From Escherichia coli 042 (GTDB lineage: Bacteria > Pseudomonadota > Gammaproteobacteria > Enterobacterales > Enterobacteriaceae), in NCBI RefSeq assembly GCF_000027125.1, contig NC_017626.1: 64,000 bases of DNA; one strand, 5' to 3'. Positions within the stretch are counted from its first letter, which is position 1; every line of letters starts with the position of its first letter. A program made the translations under genes and the position numbers. Under the pieces are notes generated by a model. That model was not told the DNA's origin. It worked only from the letters and a program-made list of their open reading frames with translations, and ran no database searches. Of the stretch, positions 37,369 through 50,037 are shown in pieces.

Positions 37369-38574
37369 ATGAACGTTTTTAATCCCGCGCAGTTTCGCGC
37401 CCAGTTTCCCGCACTTCAGGATGCGGGCGTCTATCTCGACAGCGCCGCGACCGCGCTTAAACCTGAAGCCGTGGTTGAAGCCACCCGACAGTTTTACAGC
37501 CTGAGCGCCGGAAACGTCCATCGCAGCCAGTTTGCCGAAGCCCAACGCCTGACCGTGCGTTATGAAGCTGCACGAGAGAAAGTGGCGCAATTACTGAATG
37601 CACCAGATGACAAAACTATCGTCTGGACGCGCGGCACCACTGAATCCATCAACATGGTGGCACAATGCTATGCGCGTCCACGTCTGCAACCGGGCGATGA
37701 GATTATTGTCAGCGTGGCAGAACACCACGCCAACCTCGTCCCCTGGCTGATGGTCGCCCAACAAACTGGAGCCAAAGTGGTGAAATTGCCGCTTAATGCG
37801 CAGCGACTGCCGGATGTCGATTTGTTGCCAGAACTGATCACACCTCGTAGTCGAATTCTTGCTCTGGGACAAATGTCGAACGTCACTGGCGGTTGCCCGG
37901 ATCTGGCGCGAGCGATTACCTTTGCTCATTCAGCCGGGATGGTGGTGATGGTTGATGGTGCTCAGGGGGCGGTGCATGTCCCCGCAGATGTTCAGCAACT
38001 GGATATTGATTTCTATGCTTTCTCTGGTCACAAACTGTATGGCCCGACGGGTATCGGCGTGCTGTATGGCAAATCAGAACTGCTGGAAGCGATGTCACCC
38101 TGGCTGGGTGGCGGCAAAATGATTCACGAAGTGAGTTTTGACGGCTTCACGACTCAATCTGCGCCGTGGAAACTGGAAGCCGGAACGCCAAATGTCGCTG
38201 GTGTCATAGGATTAAGCGCGGCGCTGGAATGGCTGGCAGATTACGATAGCAACCAGGCCGAAAGCTGGAGCCGTAGCTTAGCAACGCTGGCGGAAGATGC
38301 GCTGGCAAAACGTCCTGGCTTCCGCTCATTTCGCTGCCAGGATTCCAGCCTGCTGGCCTTTGATTTTGCTGGCGTTCATCACAGCGATATGGTGACGCTG
38401 CTGGCGGAGTACGGTATTGCCCTGCGGGCCGGGCAGCATTGCGCTCAGCCGCTACTGGCAGAATTAGGCGTAACCGGCACACTGCGCGCCTCTTTTGCGC
38501 CATATAATACAAAGAGTGATGTGGATGCGCTGGTGAATGCCGTTGACCGCGCGCTGGAATTATTGGTGGATTAA
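37369..38574 (+). CDS. csdA: Cysteine desulfurase CsdA
   Basis: 401 aa from ATG at 37369 (GAGGAG RBS; [16 protein letters not shown]); class V aminotransferase. Confidence 0.9.
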   Translation: MNVFNPAQFRAQFPALQDAGVYLDSAATALKPEAVVEATRQFYSLSAGNVHRSQFAEAQRLTVRYEAAREKVAQLLNAPDDKTIVWTRGTTESINMVAQCYARPRLQPGDEIIVSVAEHHANLVPWLMVAQQTGAKVVKLPLNAQRLPDVDLLPELITPRSRILALGQMSNVTGGCPDLARAITFAHSAGMVVMVDGAQGAVHVPADVQQLDIDFYAFSGHKLYGPTGIGVLYGKSELLEAMSPWLGGGKMIHEVSFDGFTTQSAPWKLEAGTPNVAGVIGLSAALEWLADYDSNQAESWSRSLATLAEDALAKRPGFRSFRCQDSSLLAFDFAGVHHSDMVTLLAEYGIALRAGQHCAQPLLAELGVTGTLRASFAPYNTKSDVDALVNAVDRALELLVD

Positions 38575-39017
38575 TGACGAACCCGCAATTCGCCGGACAT
38601 CCGTTCGGCACAACCGTAACCTCAGAAACGTTACGCAATACCTTCGCACCGTTGACGCAATGGGAAGATAAATATCGCCAGTTGATCATGCTGGGGAAAC
38701 AGCTTCCGGCTTTGCCAGACGAGTTAAAAGCGCAGGCTAAAGAGATTGCCGGATGCGAAAACCGCGTCTGGCTGGGATATACCATGGCTGAAAACGGCAA
38801 GATGCATTTCTTTGGCGACAGCGAAGGGCGCATTGTGCGCGGCCTGCTGGCGGTGTTGTTGACTGCCGTTGAGGGGAAAACCGCCGCCGAATTGCAGGCA
38901 CAGTCGCCGCTGGCATTGTTTGATGAGCTGGGATTGCGTGCGCAGCTTAGCGCCTCACGCAGCCAGGGGTTGAATGCGTTAAGCGAGGCGATTATCGCTG
39001 TGGCGAAGCAGGTTTAA
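38574..39017 (+). CDS. csdE: Sulfur acceptor protein CsdE
   Basis: 147-aa SufE-like ORF, start overlapping the csdA stop (TAATG). Confidence 0.88.
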   Translation: MTNPQFAGHPFGTTVTSETLRNTFAPLTQWEDKYRQLIMLGKQLPALPDELKAQAKEIAGCENRVWLGYTMAENGKMHFFGDSEGRIVRGLLAVLLTAVEGKTAAELQAQSPLALFDELGLRAQLSASRSQGLNALSEAIIAVAKQV

Positions 39018-39067
39018 GCACAGAACCAGGTCGGATAAGACGTTCGCGTCGCATCCGACCTGATTGT

Positions 39068-39874
39068 TTACCCCTGACGGGCCGCTTTCGCCATCATCTT
39101 CTTCAGCGCATGAGAAACCGCAACAAAACCAAAGGTGGCGGTCACCATCGTCGCCGCGCCAAATCCAGATGCACAATCCATCCGCTTTGGCCCTTCCGCC
39201 GTAGCTTTCATTGCACAGACCGTGCCATCTGACTGCGGGTACACCAGCGCTTCGGTAGAGAACACGCAATCCACGCCGAGCTTACCTTTGCTGTTTTTCA
39301 CTACGCCAAAATCGCTTTTCAGGCGCTCGCGCAACTTCGCCGCCAGCGGGTCCTGAATCGTTTTCGCCAGATCGGTAACCTGAATCTGCGTCGGGTCAAT
39401 CTGCCCACCCGCGCCACCAGTCGTGACCAGCGGGATTTTATTGCGCCGACAATAAGCAATCAGCGCCGCTTTGGGCCGTACACTATCAATGGCATCAATC
39501 ACGTACGAATAACCCACGCTCATATACTGCGCTACGTTATCCGGCGTCACGAAATCATCCACCACCGTTACACGGCACTCCGGGTTAATCTGGCGAATAC
39601 GCTCCGCCATAACTTCCGCTTTTGCCAGCCCAACGTTATCGCGCAGGGCATGAATTTGCCGATTGGTATTGGTGACGCACACATCATCCATATCGATAAG
39701 CGTGATTGCGCCAATCCCTGTGCGCGCCAGCGCTTCCGCCGCCCAGGAACCGACACCGCCAATACCCACCACACAAATATGTGCATCGGCAAACAGTTGC
39801 AGCGCTTTTTCACCATACAGACGCGCAGTGCCGCCAAAACGCTGACGCCATGCATCACTAATTACCACAGACAT
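39068..39874 (-). CDS. tcdA: tRNA threonylcarbamoyladenosine dehydratase (E1-like)
   Basis: 268-aa ThiF/MoeB-like ORF with GxGxxG motif. Confidence 0.88.
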   Translation of the reverse strand: MSVVISDAWRQRFGGTARLYGEKALQLFADAHICVVGIGGVGSWAAEALARTGIGAITLIDMDDVCVTNTNRQIHALRDNVGLAKAEVMAERIRQINPECRVTVVDDFVTPDNVAQYMSVGYSYVIDAIDSVRPKAALIAYCRRNKIPLVTTGGAGGQIDPTQIQVTDLAKTIQDPLAAKLRERLKSDFGVVKNSKGKLGVDCVFSTEALVYPQSDGTVCAMKATAEGPKRMDCASGFGAATMVTATFGFVAVSHALKKMMAKAARQG

Positions 39875-39927
39875 AGCACCTCAGAATTAAAAAGGGCGAG
39901 GTTATCCCTCACCCTAAACGCATAAAT

Positions 39928-40025
39928 GCCTGATGCGCTACGCTTATCAGGCCTACATAACTCCTGCAATATTTTGGATTTGCATGATTTGTAGGCCGGA
40001 TAAGGCGTTCACGCCGCATCCGGCA
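39928..40025. repeat. Pair of REP elements (BIME-like) in the mltA-tcdA spacer
   Basis: gcctgatgcgctacgcttatcaggcctaca (39928-39957) and tgtaggccggataaggcgttcacgccgcatccggca (39990-40025). Confidence 0.6.
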
Positions 40026-40112
40026 TGAACAACGCGCACTTAGTCAATAATCAGGATGTGAGGTTACCCCTCACCCTGTCATATCCGTAAAAACGGCATA
40101 CAGAATATCACA

Positions 40113-41210
40113 TCAGCCGCTAAAGACGTTACCTGCGCCCGGAGCCGTTTTCAGCACCCAGACACGTCCATAGTGGTTGTACCAACCTGCGCGGTGCCCG
40201 GCTTCCGGACCGATCCCTTGATAGATATCGAAGTGTTGGCCTTTGATTGCGCCACCGACATCCAGCGCCACCATCAGACGCAGTTCATACTGACCGTTAA
40301 ATTTGCCGTTATTATCCAGCAGCGGCACTTCTGCCAGTAAGGTAGTACCTGGCGGAATAATTGAACGATCGGAGGCAACAGAAGCACGGCCAACCAGCGG
40401 TACTGCACTTGCTCCTTTCACCGGTGCAAAAGATTGCGGTTTAAAGAAAACGAAAGACGGGTTCTGTTCCAGCAGCTCGCGAACCTCGGCTTCACTGTGT
40501 GTTTCGCCCCAGTGACGAATCGCCTGCATCGACATATCTTCTTTTTTCACTTCGCCACGGTCGATCAGCACCTTACCAATGCTGCGATAGGCATGACCGT
40601 TTTTCCCTGCATAGCTGAAAAAGTTAAGCGGACTGCCATCACCAAAGTCGATATACCCACTACCCTGCACATCCATAATGAAGTTATCCATCAAGGAGTT
40701 ACTGTAAGCGAGAATGTATTTATCGCTCAATGCTCCCGCGTAGATCTCCGCACGAGACGGCAAACGACCACGTTTTGGTGGCATACGGTAAATCGGATAC
40801 TGGAACTCGCCCTGGCGGGTATGGCGTGCCTGAATTACCGGCGTGTAATAGCCTGTAAACTGCACGTTACCATAGTTGTCGGCACCTTCCATCTGCCAGG
40901 CATCAATGCCGAACTGGCGCATATTGCGGGTATCACCGCCTGCGCGCAGCCACTCTTGCACCGCGTTATAAACATTACTCTGGTTGCCATACAGACGCGG
41001 TGACGAATTACGGATATGGTTAATTTGCTCGGCAAAATCACCGGCGTTAATCGGCGCGCCAACGGCATCTGGCTGGTTCACCAGAGAGAAAGGCTGGGTA
41101 AATTTCCCGTCTTTATATTGCTGTCCGCGATCGGTTGGTTTGGAAGAGCAGGCGGCAAGCATTGCCACAACCGTGCCCATAAGAAGGTACTTTACCCAAC
41201 GTCCTTTCAT
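40113..41210 (-). CDS. mltA: Membrane-bound lytic murein transglycosylase A
   Basis: 365 aa from ATG at 41210 (MKGRWVKYLLMGTVVAMLAACSS lipoprotein signal); the ORF-track extension to 41492 reads through the tRNA genes and is an artefact. Confidence 0.9.
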   Translation of the reverse strand: MKGRWVKYLLMGTVVAMLAACSSKPTDRGQQYKDGKFTQPFSLVNQPDAVGAPINAGDFAEQINHIRNSSPRLYGNQSNVYNAVQEWLRAGGDTRNMRQFGIDAWQMEGADNYGNVQFTGYYTPVIQARHTRQGEFQYPIYRMPPKRGRLPSRAEIYAGALSDKYILAYSNSLMDNFIMDVQGSGYIDFGDGSPLNFFSYAGKNGHAYRSIGKVLIDRGEVKKEDMSMQAIRHWGETHSEAEVRELLEQNPSFVFFKPQSFAPVKGASAVPLVGRASVASDRSIIPPGTTLLAEVPLLDNNGKFNGQYELRLMVALDVGGAIKGQHFDIYQGIGPEAGHRAGWYNHYGRVWVLKTAPGAGNVFSG

Positions 41211-41377
41211 TGTTCTCTTCTTCAGGTTAAAAAATAAGGCGCAACGAAGATAACAAACCGCCGCGTTTAATGAAATGAGCAGCCTCTCCGTGACGCAAAT
41301 TTTGCACAAAAAATAGGCTTTAGTGATTTGTTTTTGTTCAAAATCATGCCAGAACCGTGATCGGGGTAAAAAAAAGG

Positions 41378-41405
41378 TTGCATGAAAACGCGAGCGGAGT
41401 ATAGT
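41378..41405 (+). promoter_or_regulatory. Sigma70 promoter of the tRNA-fMet operon (-35 TTGCAT, 16-bp spacer, -10 TATAGT, GC-rich discriminator, upstream A-tract)
   Basis: Read directly, 14-41 bp upstream of the first tRNA. Confidence 0.6.
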
Positions 41406-41418
41406 GCGCATCCACGGA

Positions 41419-41495
<77 letters not shown>

Positions 41496-41528
41496 ATTAA
41501 AATTTGATGAAGTAAAGCAGTACGGTGA

Positions 41529-41605
<77 letters not shown>

Positions 41606-41639
41606 ATCAAAATTTGATGAAGTAAAAGCAGTACGGTGA

Positions 41640-41716
<77 letters not shown>

Positions 41717-41724
41717 ATTATTGA

Positions 41725-41747
41725 ACACCCTAACGGGTGTTTTTTTG
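41725..41747 (+). terminator. Rho-independent terminator of the tRNA operon
   Basis: acaccc-taac-gggtgt hairpin followed by T7. Confidence 0.7.
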
Positions 41748-41790
41748 TTTCTACTCTCCCATAAAAAAAGCGCCATTCAGCGCCTTTTTA

Positions 41791-43044
41791 TCATCCCCTT
41801 CTCGCCAGCGTCGCCCCATCGGCAAAATACGCTTTAATCCCCGCAAGAATAGACTCCGCAACTTCCTGCTGGAAAGTCGCCGTTTTCAGTTTACGTTCTT
41901 CCTCAACGTTACTGATAAACGCCGTTTCGACCAGAATGGAGGGAATATCAGGCGCTTTCAGCACGGCAAACCCGGCCTGTTCAACCTGATTTTTATGCAG
42001 CTTGTTGATTTTACCGAGCTTATTCAGCACCGCTTTACCAAACTTAAGGCTGTCGGCAATGGTCAGCGACTGCACCATATCGAACATGGTGTGGTCGACA
42101 TAGCGGTCACCGCTTTTGCTCACGCCACCAATCAAGTCCGAGGCGTTCTGGGTCTGTGCCAGATATTTTGCCGCAGTACTGGTTGCGCCTTTGGTTGAGA
42201 GCGCAAACACTGAGGAACCGCTCGGCTGGCGACTGGTAAAGGCGTCGGCATGGATAGAGACAAACAGGTCGGCACGCTGTTTCTGGGCTTTTGCTACGCG
42301 CACTTGCAACGGAATGAAGATGTCTTCATTGCGCGTCATGTACACCTTCATATTGCCCTCTTTCTCGATCAGAGAGCGCAAACGGCGAGCTATTTGCAAT
42401 ACCACGTCTTTTTCGCGCGTTTTGTATTTCCCCACCGCACCGGAGTCTTCGCCGCCGTGGCCAGGGTCAAGCATAATAACAATCGGACGATCGCGCCCTG
42501 CTTTACCCGGTTGTGGACCACTTTGTGCTGGCGGCACCTGCTTTTCGAGGTCGCCTTTGTTGTAATCCTCCAGCAGCGCCAGCAGCGGGTCCTGCATATC
42601 CTGTGCATTAGCCGGATAGAGGTCCATCACCAGACGCTCTTTAAACCCGGCGACCGGCGCAAGGGCAAACAGCTGCGGTTTTACGTTTTGCTTTAATTCA
42701 AAAACCATGCGTACGGTTTGCGGGTCAAATTGCCCGACGCGCGCCGACTTGATGAACGGGTCGTCTGCACGAATTTGTGCCGCCATCCCCTTGAGTACCG
42801 AGTTCAGGTTTACATCTTCGATATCCACCACCACGCGTTCCGGGTTACTCAACGCGAACTGCTTATATTTCAGCTGACGATTTGATTCTACCGTCACGCG
42901 GGTGTAGCTGGACGCAGGCCAGACGCGCACCGCCACGACCTGGCTGACCGCAGCCAGACTGACCTGACTTACGCTCAATAGCCACATGGCACCCGCGCCT
43001 TGCAGTAAACGACGACGGCTGATTGCAGTGTTGGATCCTGACAT
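41791..43044 (-). CDS. amiC: N-acetylmuramoyl-L-alanine amidase AmiC (Tat-exported)
   Basis: 417 aa from ATG at 43044 ([23 protein letters not shown] twin-arginine signal). Confidence 0.9.
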
Positions 43045-43275
43045 GCCTCTCCCGAGCAAAAGAAATCTAAGCTGTGTAACAAGTAAACGACTAATTTGAC
43101 CGGAAACTTTAGCGAAAGACGCATAATCTGTCATCTAATAAACGGTAAACATTCTTTTTATATTCACGGCATTACTGATAAAAAAGTCGCTCTCGCATAA
43201 AATTTACACTTGCACCCTGCGAAAAAACAGAATAAAAATACAATAATTTCGAATAATCATGCAAAGAGGTGTGCC

Positions 43276-44607
43276 GTGGTAAAGGAACGTAAAACCGAGT
43301 TGGTCGAGGGATTCCGCCATTCGGTTCCCTATATCAATACCCACCGGGGAAAAACGTTTGTCATCATGCTCGGCGGTGAAGCCATTGAGCATGAGAATTT
43401 CTCCAGTATCGTTAATGATATCGGGTTGCTGCACAGCCTCGGCATCCGTCTGGTGGTGGTCTATGGCGCACGTCCGCAGATCGACGCAAATCTGGCTGCG
43501 CATCACCACGAACCGCTGTATCACAAGAATATACGTGTGACCGACGCCAAAACACTGGAACTGGTGAAGCAGGCTGCGGGAACATTGCAACTGGATATTA
43601 CTGCTCGCCTGTCGATGAGTCTCAATAACACGCCGCTACAGGGCGCGCATATCAACGTCGTCAGTGGCAATTTTATTATCGCCCAGCCGCTGGGCGTCGA
43701 TGACGGCGTGGATTACTGCCATAGCGGGCGTATCCGGCGGATTGATGAAGACGCGATCCATCGTCAACTGGACAGCGGTGCAATAGTGCTAATGGGGCCG
43801 GTCGCTGTTTCAGTCACTGGCGAGAGCTTTAATCTGACCTCGGAAGAGATTGCCACTCAACTGGCCATCAAACTGAAAGCTGAAAAGATGATTGGTTTTT
43901 GCTCTTCCCAGGGCGTCACTAATGACGACGGTGATATTGTCTCCGAACTTTTCCCTAACGAAGCGCAAGCGCGGGTAGAAGCCCAGGAAGAGAAAGGCGA
44001 TTACAACTCCGGTACGGTGCGCTTTTTGCGTGGCGCAGTGAAAGCCTGCCGCAGCGGCGTGCGTCGCTGTCATTTAATCAGTTATCAGGAAGATGGCGCG
44101 CTATTGCAAGAGTTGTTCTCACGCGACGGTATCGGTACGCAGATTGTGATGGAAAGCGCCGAGCAGATTCGTCGCGCAACAATCAATGATATTGGCGGTA
44201 TTCTGGAGTTGATTCGCCCGCTGGAGCAGCAAGGTATTCTGGTACGCCGTTCTCGCGAGCAGCTGGAGATGGAAATCGACAAATTCACCATTATTCAGCG
44301 CGATAACACGACTATTGCCTGCGCCGCGCTCTATCCTTTCCCGGAAGAGAAGATTGGGGAAATGGCCTGTGTGGCAGTTCACCCGGATTACCGCAGTTCA
44401 TCACGGGGCGAGGTTCTGCTGGAACGCATTGCCGCTCAGGCGAAGCAGAGCGGCTTAAGCAAATTATTTGTGCTGACCACGCGCAGTATTCACTGGTTCC
44501 AGGAACGTGGATTTACCCCAGTGGATATTGATTTACTGCCCGAGAGCAAAAAGCAGTTGTACAACTACCAGCGTAAATCCAAAGTGTTGATGGCGGATTT
44601 GGGGTAA
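43276..44607 (+). CDS. argA: N-acetylglutamate synthase
   Basis: 443 aa from GTG at 43276 ([36 protein letters not shown]); kinase-like plus GNAT domains. Confidence 0.93.
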   Translation: MVKERKTELVEGFRHSVPYINTHRGKTFVIMLGGEAIEHENFSSIVNDIGLLHSLGIRLVVVYGARPQIDANLAAHHHEPLYHKNIRVTDAKTLELVKQAAGTLQLDITARLSMSLNNTPLQGAHINVVSGNFIIAQPLGVDDGVDYCHSGRIRRIDEDAIHRQLDSGAIVLMGPVAVSVTGESFNLTSEEIATQLAIKLKAEKMIGFCSSQGVTNDDGDIVSELFPNEAQARVEAQEEKGDYNSGTVRFLRGAVKACRSGVRRCHLISYQEDGALLQELFSRDGIGTQIVMESAEQIRRATINDIGGILELIRPLEQQGILVRRSREQLEMEIDKFTIIQRDNTTIACAALYPFPEEKIGEMACVAVHPDYRSSSRGEVLLERIAAQAKQSGLSKLFVLTTRSIHWFQERGFTPVDIDLLPESKKQLYNYQRKSKVLMADLG

Positions 44608-44619
44608 GCGATGAAAATC

Positions 44620-44661
44620 GTCGGATGCGACATGCGTAACACTCGTGCGTCGCATCCGGCA
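44620..44661. repeat. REP element between convergent argA and recD
   Basis: gtcggatgcgacatgcgtaacactcgtgcgtcgcatccggca. Confidence 0.55.
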
Positions 44662-44668
44662 ATTACGT

Positions 44669-46495
44669 TTATTCCCGTGAACTAAACAACGCCGCCAGAC
44701 CACTGCGCCGCTCAGTACGAGTGGCGATTGCCGCACTTAATATGCGCTCATCGGCATACAGCGACAGACGGCGACGCGCGCGGGTCACCGCGGTGTAAAC
44801 CAGCTCTCGTGTTACTACCGGCGTGCGTTGGCTCGGTAAAATCAACGCCGCATGGTCGAACTCCGATCCCTGCGATTTATGTACCGTCATCGCCCACGTA
44901 GTTTCGTGCTCTGGCAGGCGACTCGGTTGCACAGACTTAATATTGCCGTCCGGCATCGCAAACCAAACGCGCGTCCCCTGTCCGCGATCCAGAGCGATAC
45001 CGATATCGCCATTAAACAACCCAAGCGCGCTGTCATTACGGGCAATCATCACCGGTCGGCCTTCGTACCAACGAGAGTGCGGATTACGATGAATTTTGCG
45101 CTTCTGTTGCATAAACTGCTCAATTCGCTCATTCAGTCCAGCCACGCCAAACGGCCCTTCCCGCAGGGCGCACAAAAGCTGGTACTCATTGAACGCCTGA
45201 ATGATTAAATCCGGCTCGGCACGCGCTTGCAGCAGATCCAGATAACGTCCGTAACCCGCAAGAGCTTCCTCAAGCATCGCAATATAATCTTCGCCGCTCT
45301 GTAAAAGCCGTTTTTCGATATCAGAAAAATCCTGCTGAAAAACGGTTTTCACTGCCGTTTTATCACCACGGTTGATCGCCGCAGCTAACTGACCAATGCC
45401 AGAATCGCTGCCGAAACGATAGCTTTTTTGCAGCAGGCAGAGACTGTCGCGCAAAGATGCCGCTTCTGTGCCAGTTCCTGCCGGAACGTGAGTTCCCGTC
45501 AGGCGGCTTAGCTGCCCGGCACGCTCGGCGGTAAAGCCGGCATTGGCATAAGCACAAATATCGCCCAGCACAGCCCCAGCCTCAACCGAGGCCAGTTGAT
45601 CACGATCGCCGAGAAAGATCACTCGCGCATGATCGGGCAAGGCGTCGATCAGTCTCGACATCATCGGCAGATCGATCATTGACGCTTCATCTACCACCAG
45701 CACATCAAGATGCAGCGGGTTACCGGCATGATGACGTAAACGCTGGCTACCCGGCTGTGCACCCAGCAATCGGTGCAAAGTACTGGCATCTTCCGGAATG
45801 CGTTTCTTTTGTTCATCGGTCAGCGGTAACTGGCGCAAAGCCTTGCCGAGAGATTCGGTTAAGCGCGCGGCAGCTTTACCCGTTGGTGCAGCCAAACGGA
45901 TACGGCAGCGTTCGCCGTCGGCCATTTGAATTAACGCAGCCAGCAACTTCGCTACGGTGGTCGTTTTACCGGTGCCAGGGCCGCCGGAAATCACCGAGAT
46001 CCGCCGCGTCAGCGCCACTGCCGCCGCAACTTTTTGCCAGTTAATTTCATCGCTTACTGGAAAAAGTTTGTCCAGGGTTTGCGCCAGTAGAGCTTCATCA
46101 ACCTCAATGGCATGATTCACTTCGTTGAAAAAGCGTGCCACTGTGCGCTCGTTACACCACATGCGATTCAAATAAAGACGATCACCACAGAGGATCATCG
46201 GCGTTGGTTCATCTCCCCGGCTGACCGCTTGTGAAGCCAGCAAGCATTCTTCCCAATTTTGTAACTCACCGATTTCACTGACACAGGTCGCCAACAGCGG
46301 ATGCGACGCCTCGTTATTTTCCAGTCGTGAGAGCGGTAAACAGACATGCCCTTCTCCGGCGTCGTGGCTTAACAGGGCTGCCGCGAGGGTGACGGCAGGA
46401 TGTTCATCTCCCGCCACGGTCAGGGCAAATTGCACATCCAGCGGGCGTAGCTGTTTGTGCTCCACAGCTTCCAGTAATTGCTTTTGCAATTTCAT
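44669..46495 (-). CDS. recD: RecBCD helicase/nuclease subunit RecD
   Basis: 608-aa ORF with Walker [10 protein letters not shown]; start overlaps the recB stop. Confidence 0.95.
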   Translation of the reverse strand: MKLQKQLLEAVEHKQLRPLDVQFALTVAGDEHPAVTLAAALLSHDAGEGHVCLPLSRLENNEASHPLLATCVSEIGELQNWEECLLASQAVSRGDEPTPMILCGDRLYLNRMWCNERTVARFFNEVNHAIEVDEALLAQTLDKLFPVSDEINWQKVAAAVALTRRISVISGGPGTGKTTTVAKLLAALIQMADGERCRIRLAAPTGKAAARLTESLGKALRQLPLTDEQKKRIPEDASTLHRLLGAQPGSQRLRHHAGNPLHLDVLVVDEASMIDLPMMSRLIDALPDHARVIFLGDRDQLASVEAGAVLGDICAYANAGFTAERAGQLSRLTGTHVPAGTGTEAASLRDSLCLLQKSYRFGSDSGIGQLAAAINRGDKTAVKTVFQQDFSDIEKRLLQSGEDYIAMLEEALAGYGRYLDLLQARAEPDLIIQAFNEYQLLCALREGPFGVAGLNERIEQFMQQKRKIHRNPHSRWYEGRPVMIARNDSALGLFNGDIGIALDRGQGTRVWFAMPDGNIKSVQPSRLPEHETTWAMTVHKSQGSEFDHAALILPSQRTPVVTRELVYTAVTRARRRLSLYADERILSAAIATRTERRSGLAALFSSRE

Positions 46496-49400
46496 TACGC
46501 CTCCTCCAGGGTCATACCGGCAAACATCTCATCCATCAGGTCAATCAACCCGGCGTTGGGTCGGGTTGTGTAAATCCCTTGTTGCGGATGTTCTTTATCA
46601 ACGCCACGCAGGAACAGATAGATAACGCCGCCAAAGTGACGATCATAGTCGTAATCAGCAATGCGATGGCGCAGATAACGGTGCAGCGCCAGGGTATAAA
46701 GCTGATATTGCAGATCATAGCGGTGTGCCTGCATCGCCGCTGCCATAGCCTGTTGGGTGTAAGCCGAACTGTCTTCACCCAGCCAGTTGGATTTATAGTC
46801 GAGCAGGTAATAACGCCCTTCGTGGCGGAATACCAGGTCGATAAAGCCTTTTAACATGCCGCGTACCTGCATGAACTCCAGCGGCGGGCAGCCAGCGGAT
46901 AGCGGATCAAACTGGCGAATTAGTGCATCAAGCTGGCTGGCGATGAGCGGTTCACTAATCGGCAGGTAAAACTCCATCTCCACCTGTTTATCGCGGTCGG
47001 AAAGCTGACTCAGGCTAACACCCGTTTCATTGAGAGGTGCCTGGAGGACAGCCGTGATCCACTCGGTCAACACCGGTTCCCACTGCGATTCAAAGCCGCC
47101 GAGTTCCAGTTTTTCCTGTACCCAGTTCGGGTCAACCGGCTGGGTAAAATCGAGGTCTTCAAACAAACTGTGCAAGAATGTCCCCGGTGACGCACCGCGC
47201 GGGAACTGATGCGGTGTTAACGTCGGTTCTTCAACGACGCTGACCACGCCTGCGGCATCAACATCCAGCCGTGGCATCAGATCCTGAGCGATACCGTGAC
47301 CACGCTGCTGCAAACCGGAGTAGCTGGTGACACGCCAGTTATCGCCGGGCAATCGTTGTAGTGTCCTCGCATTCAGTTCTGCAGTTATAGCATCATTAAC
47401 CTGCCAGGGCTGGTTATCACCCGTTTGTGCCGTTTGCCAGGCAATATCATCATCGCATAACGCTTCAATACAGGTGCGAAGTCCTGCCGCATCTTGCGGT
47501 TCCCCTTTTTGCAGCAAACGCCCGAGCGCACTTTGGTGGACGTCGGTGTCACCTTTTTTATCGCCACGACGGCGCACCAGCGGTGCAACGCCGAGACTGC
47601 AATGCCAAACCGAACGCGTCAGCGCCACGTAAAGCAAACGCAGATCTTCCGCCAGACGTTCGGCCTCCGCGAGATCGACACTTTCTGGCGCAGCGTTAAG
47701 ATCCAGAACAGCCTCAAACGAGTGGCGATCGTGATAGAACGCCTGATCCTGGACGCGGAAATTGGTAATAAATGGCAACCAGACCAGCGGATATTCCAGC
47801 CCTTTTGATTTATGGATCGTGACAATCTGCACCAGATGTTTATCACTTTCGAGGCGCATTTGTTGGCTGGAGGCATTACTGTCTGGCTCGAGGATATGTT
47901 GCGATAACCAGCGTACCAGCGCATGTTCACTTTCCAGCTGCGTTCCGGCTTCTTGTAGCAGTTCGCTGATATGCAAGATATCGGTAAGACGCCGCTCACC
48001 GCCTGCCGTTGCCAGCAAGTTTTCAGCAATGTTACGCGCCGACATCAGCGCCCGCAGCATCGGCATAACGCCACGTTTGCGCCAGATTTGCCGATAACCA
48101 TCGAACTCTTCGACTACCGCATCCCACGCATGTTCGTCATTATTCAGCGTTTCAATATCCAGCGCATTCAGCCCCATCATTGACGTTGCCAGCGCACTGC
48201 GCAGGGTGTTCTCACGTTCGGGAGTCATCACCGCCTGCAACAGCCAAAGCATCTCCTGCGCTTCCAGAGTTTCAAAAACACTGTCGCGGTTCGAAAGGTA
48301 AACGGAAGGGATTTCCAGCAGCGTTAAGGCATCGCGCACCTGAGCGGCCTCCTGGCGGCTGCGCACCAGCACACTGATGTCCGAAGCACGCACCGGACGC
48401 GCGTCGTCGCCGTTCATCAGCAACGCTTCGCCCCGCTGTCCGGCTTGTAGCCAGTCGCGGATTTGCGCAGCACATACCTGCGCCATGGTACTTTGATAGT
48501 CGCCAACGCCGCAGCTTTCGCCTTCCATCAGCCACATTTTCATCGCAGGCTGCGTTTCACCTTTAAACACAAAACGTAACGCCTGATTTTTCCCGGCTGA
48601 TTTCACTGGAATAAAAGGAATTTCGCGAAACATGAACGCGTCATCAGTCTGACTGAAAAGCTTATTCACGCTGTTCACCATTCCTGGTGCGGAGCGCCAG
48701 TTGGTATCTAAAGTGTAGTGGGCGTGAACTTCGCTACGCGCCTTCATATAAGTGAAGATATCCGCACCCCGGAATGCATATATGGCCTGTTTCGGGTCGC
48801 CAATCAGCAACAATGCGGTTTCCGGCTGATGGTGCCAGATACGGCGAAAAATTCGGTACTGCTGGGGGTCGGTATCCTGAAATTCATCGATCATTGCCAC
48901 CGGGAATCGCGTACGGATCGCCGCTGCCAACACCTCTCCGCTTTCGCTACGCAGCGCGGAATCGAGCCGACTTAACATGTCATCAAAACCCAATTCGCCA
49001 CGGCGGCGTTTTTCACGCGCTACTGTTTCGCGGATCTCAGCCAATGCGCGGGTGATCACCAGATCGCGGATCGACAATGGTTCTGCAAGCAGTTGATCGA
49101 TCGCCTCAAACAGTGGATGTCGCGGGGTTTCCCCCCCGGCTTTCGTGCGATCTTCTAAGAAACGCTGAGAGAATTTTTCCAGCGACTCCGGTAACTGATA
49201 ACTGTTGGTCTCTTCTTCTGCCCAGGCGCTGATCTTGTCGATCCATTTAGCCTGATTGCTACGGTTAAACTTGCGTCGATCAATACCAGAAGATTCGATC
49301 AGCGCATCCAGTTCACCCACCGCGTCGCGCCACTGCTGTTTTACCGTATCAATACGCGCCACAATTTGCGCGTGGCGGGAAGCCAGCGTTTCATCATCGG

Positions 49401-50037
49401 GCGGCGGCGCTTTGATAACCGGCGCTTCGCCTTGCAGATAACGATTAATATCGCGCAGCAACGCCTGCGGTCCTTTCCAGGTTTCAAAGACGACCTGGGC
49501 AATTTCACGCGGCAGCGGGTAGCAGTGGCGACGCCAGAAATCGGCGCAGGCCTGGTAGCGTAGCAGAGACTCATCTTCAATCAGCTGCTGCTCAAACAGC
49601 ATGCCGGATTCAAAGGCATTCAGGTTGAGCATGCGCTGGCAAAAACCGTGAATAGTAAAGACTGCCGCTTCATCCATCTGCCGTTCGGCTAACAACAACC
49701 ACTGCGCGGCTTGCGCTTTATCGTCGATCTCTTCCAGCAGGCGTTCGTACAGTGGATTGTCGGTGGTTTCACGCAAACAGGCGATGCGCAACTCGTGGAT
49801 ATTGCTACGGATACGACCGCGCAATTCTGCCGTGGCAGCCTCGGTAAAGGTGACCACCAGCAGTTCTTCAACGGTCAGCGGGCGGGGAAAGGCGGCAGAA
49901 CCGCCTAGTCCAAGTAACAGGCGCAAATAGAGCGCCGCAATCGTAAAGGTTTTGCCTGTGCCGGCAGAGGCTTCAATCAGGCGCTCGCCCTGTAAGGGCA
50001 AGCGCAAAGGATCTAGTGTCTCGGCGACATCACTCAT
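46495..50037 (-). CDS. recB: RecBCD helicase/nuclease subunit RecB
   Basis: 1180 aa from ATG at 50037 ([32 protein letters not shown]). Confidence 0.95.
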   Translation of the reverse strand: MSDVAETLDPLRLPLQGERLIEASAGTGKTFTIAALYLRLLLGLGGSAAFPRPLTVEELLVVTFTEAATAELRGRIRSNIHELRIACLRETTDNPLYERLLEEIDDKAQAAQWLLLAERQMDEAAVFTIHGFCQRMLNLNAFESGMLFEQQLIEDESLLRYQACADFWRRHCYPLPREIAQVVFETWKGPQALLRDINRYLQGEAPVIKAPPPDDETLASRHAQIVARIDTVKQQWRDAVGELDALIESSGIDRRKFNRSNQAKWIDKISAWAEEETNSYQLPESLEKFSQRFLEDRTKAGGETPRHPLFEAIDQLLAEPLSIRDLVITRALAEIRETVAREKRRRGELGFDDMLSRLDSALRSESGEVLAAAIRTRFPVAMIDEFQDTDPQQYRIFRRIWHHQPETALLLIGDPKQAIYAFRGADIFTYMKARSEVHAHYTLDTNWRSAPGMVNSVNKLFSQTDDAFMFREIPFIPVKSAGKNQALRFVFKGETQPAMKMWLMEGESCGVGDYQSTMAQVCAAQIRDWLQAGQRGEALLMNGDDARPVRASDISVLVRSRQEAAQVRDALTLLEIPSVYLSNRDSVFETLEAQEMLWLLQAVMTPERENTLRSALATSMMGLNALDIETLNNDEHAWDAVVEEFDGYRQIWRKRGVMPMLRALMSARNIAENLLATAGGERRLTDILHISELLQEAGTQLESEHALVRWLSQHILEPDSNASSQQMRLESDKHLVQIVTIHKSKGLEYPLVWLPFITNFRVQDQAFYHDRHSFEAVLDLNAAPESVDLAEAERLAEDLRLLYVALTRSVWHCSLGVAPLVRRRGDKKGDTDVHQSALGRLLQKGEPQDAAGLRTCIEALCDDDIAWQTAQTGDNQPWQVNDAITAELNARTLQRLPGDNWRVTSYSGLQQRGHGIAQDLMPRLDVDAAGVVSVVEEPTLTPHQFPRGASPGTFLHSLFEDLDFTQPVDPNWVQEKLELGGFESQWEPVLTEWITAVLQAPLNETGVSLSQLSDRDKQVEMEFYLPISEPLIASQLDALIRQFDPLSAGCPPLEFMQVRGMLKGFIDLVFRHEGRYYLLDYKSNWLGEDSSAYTQQAMAAAMQAHRYDLQYQLYTLALHRYLRHRIADYDYDRHFGGVIYLFLRGVDKEHPQQGIYTTRPNAGLIDLMDEMFAGMTLEEA

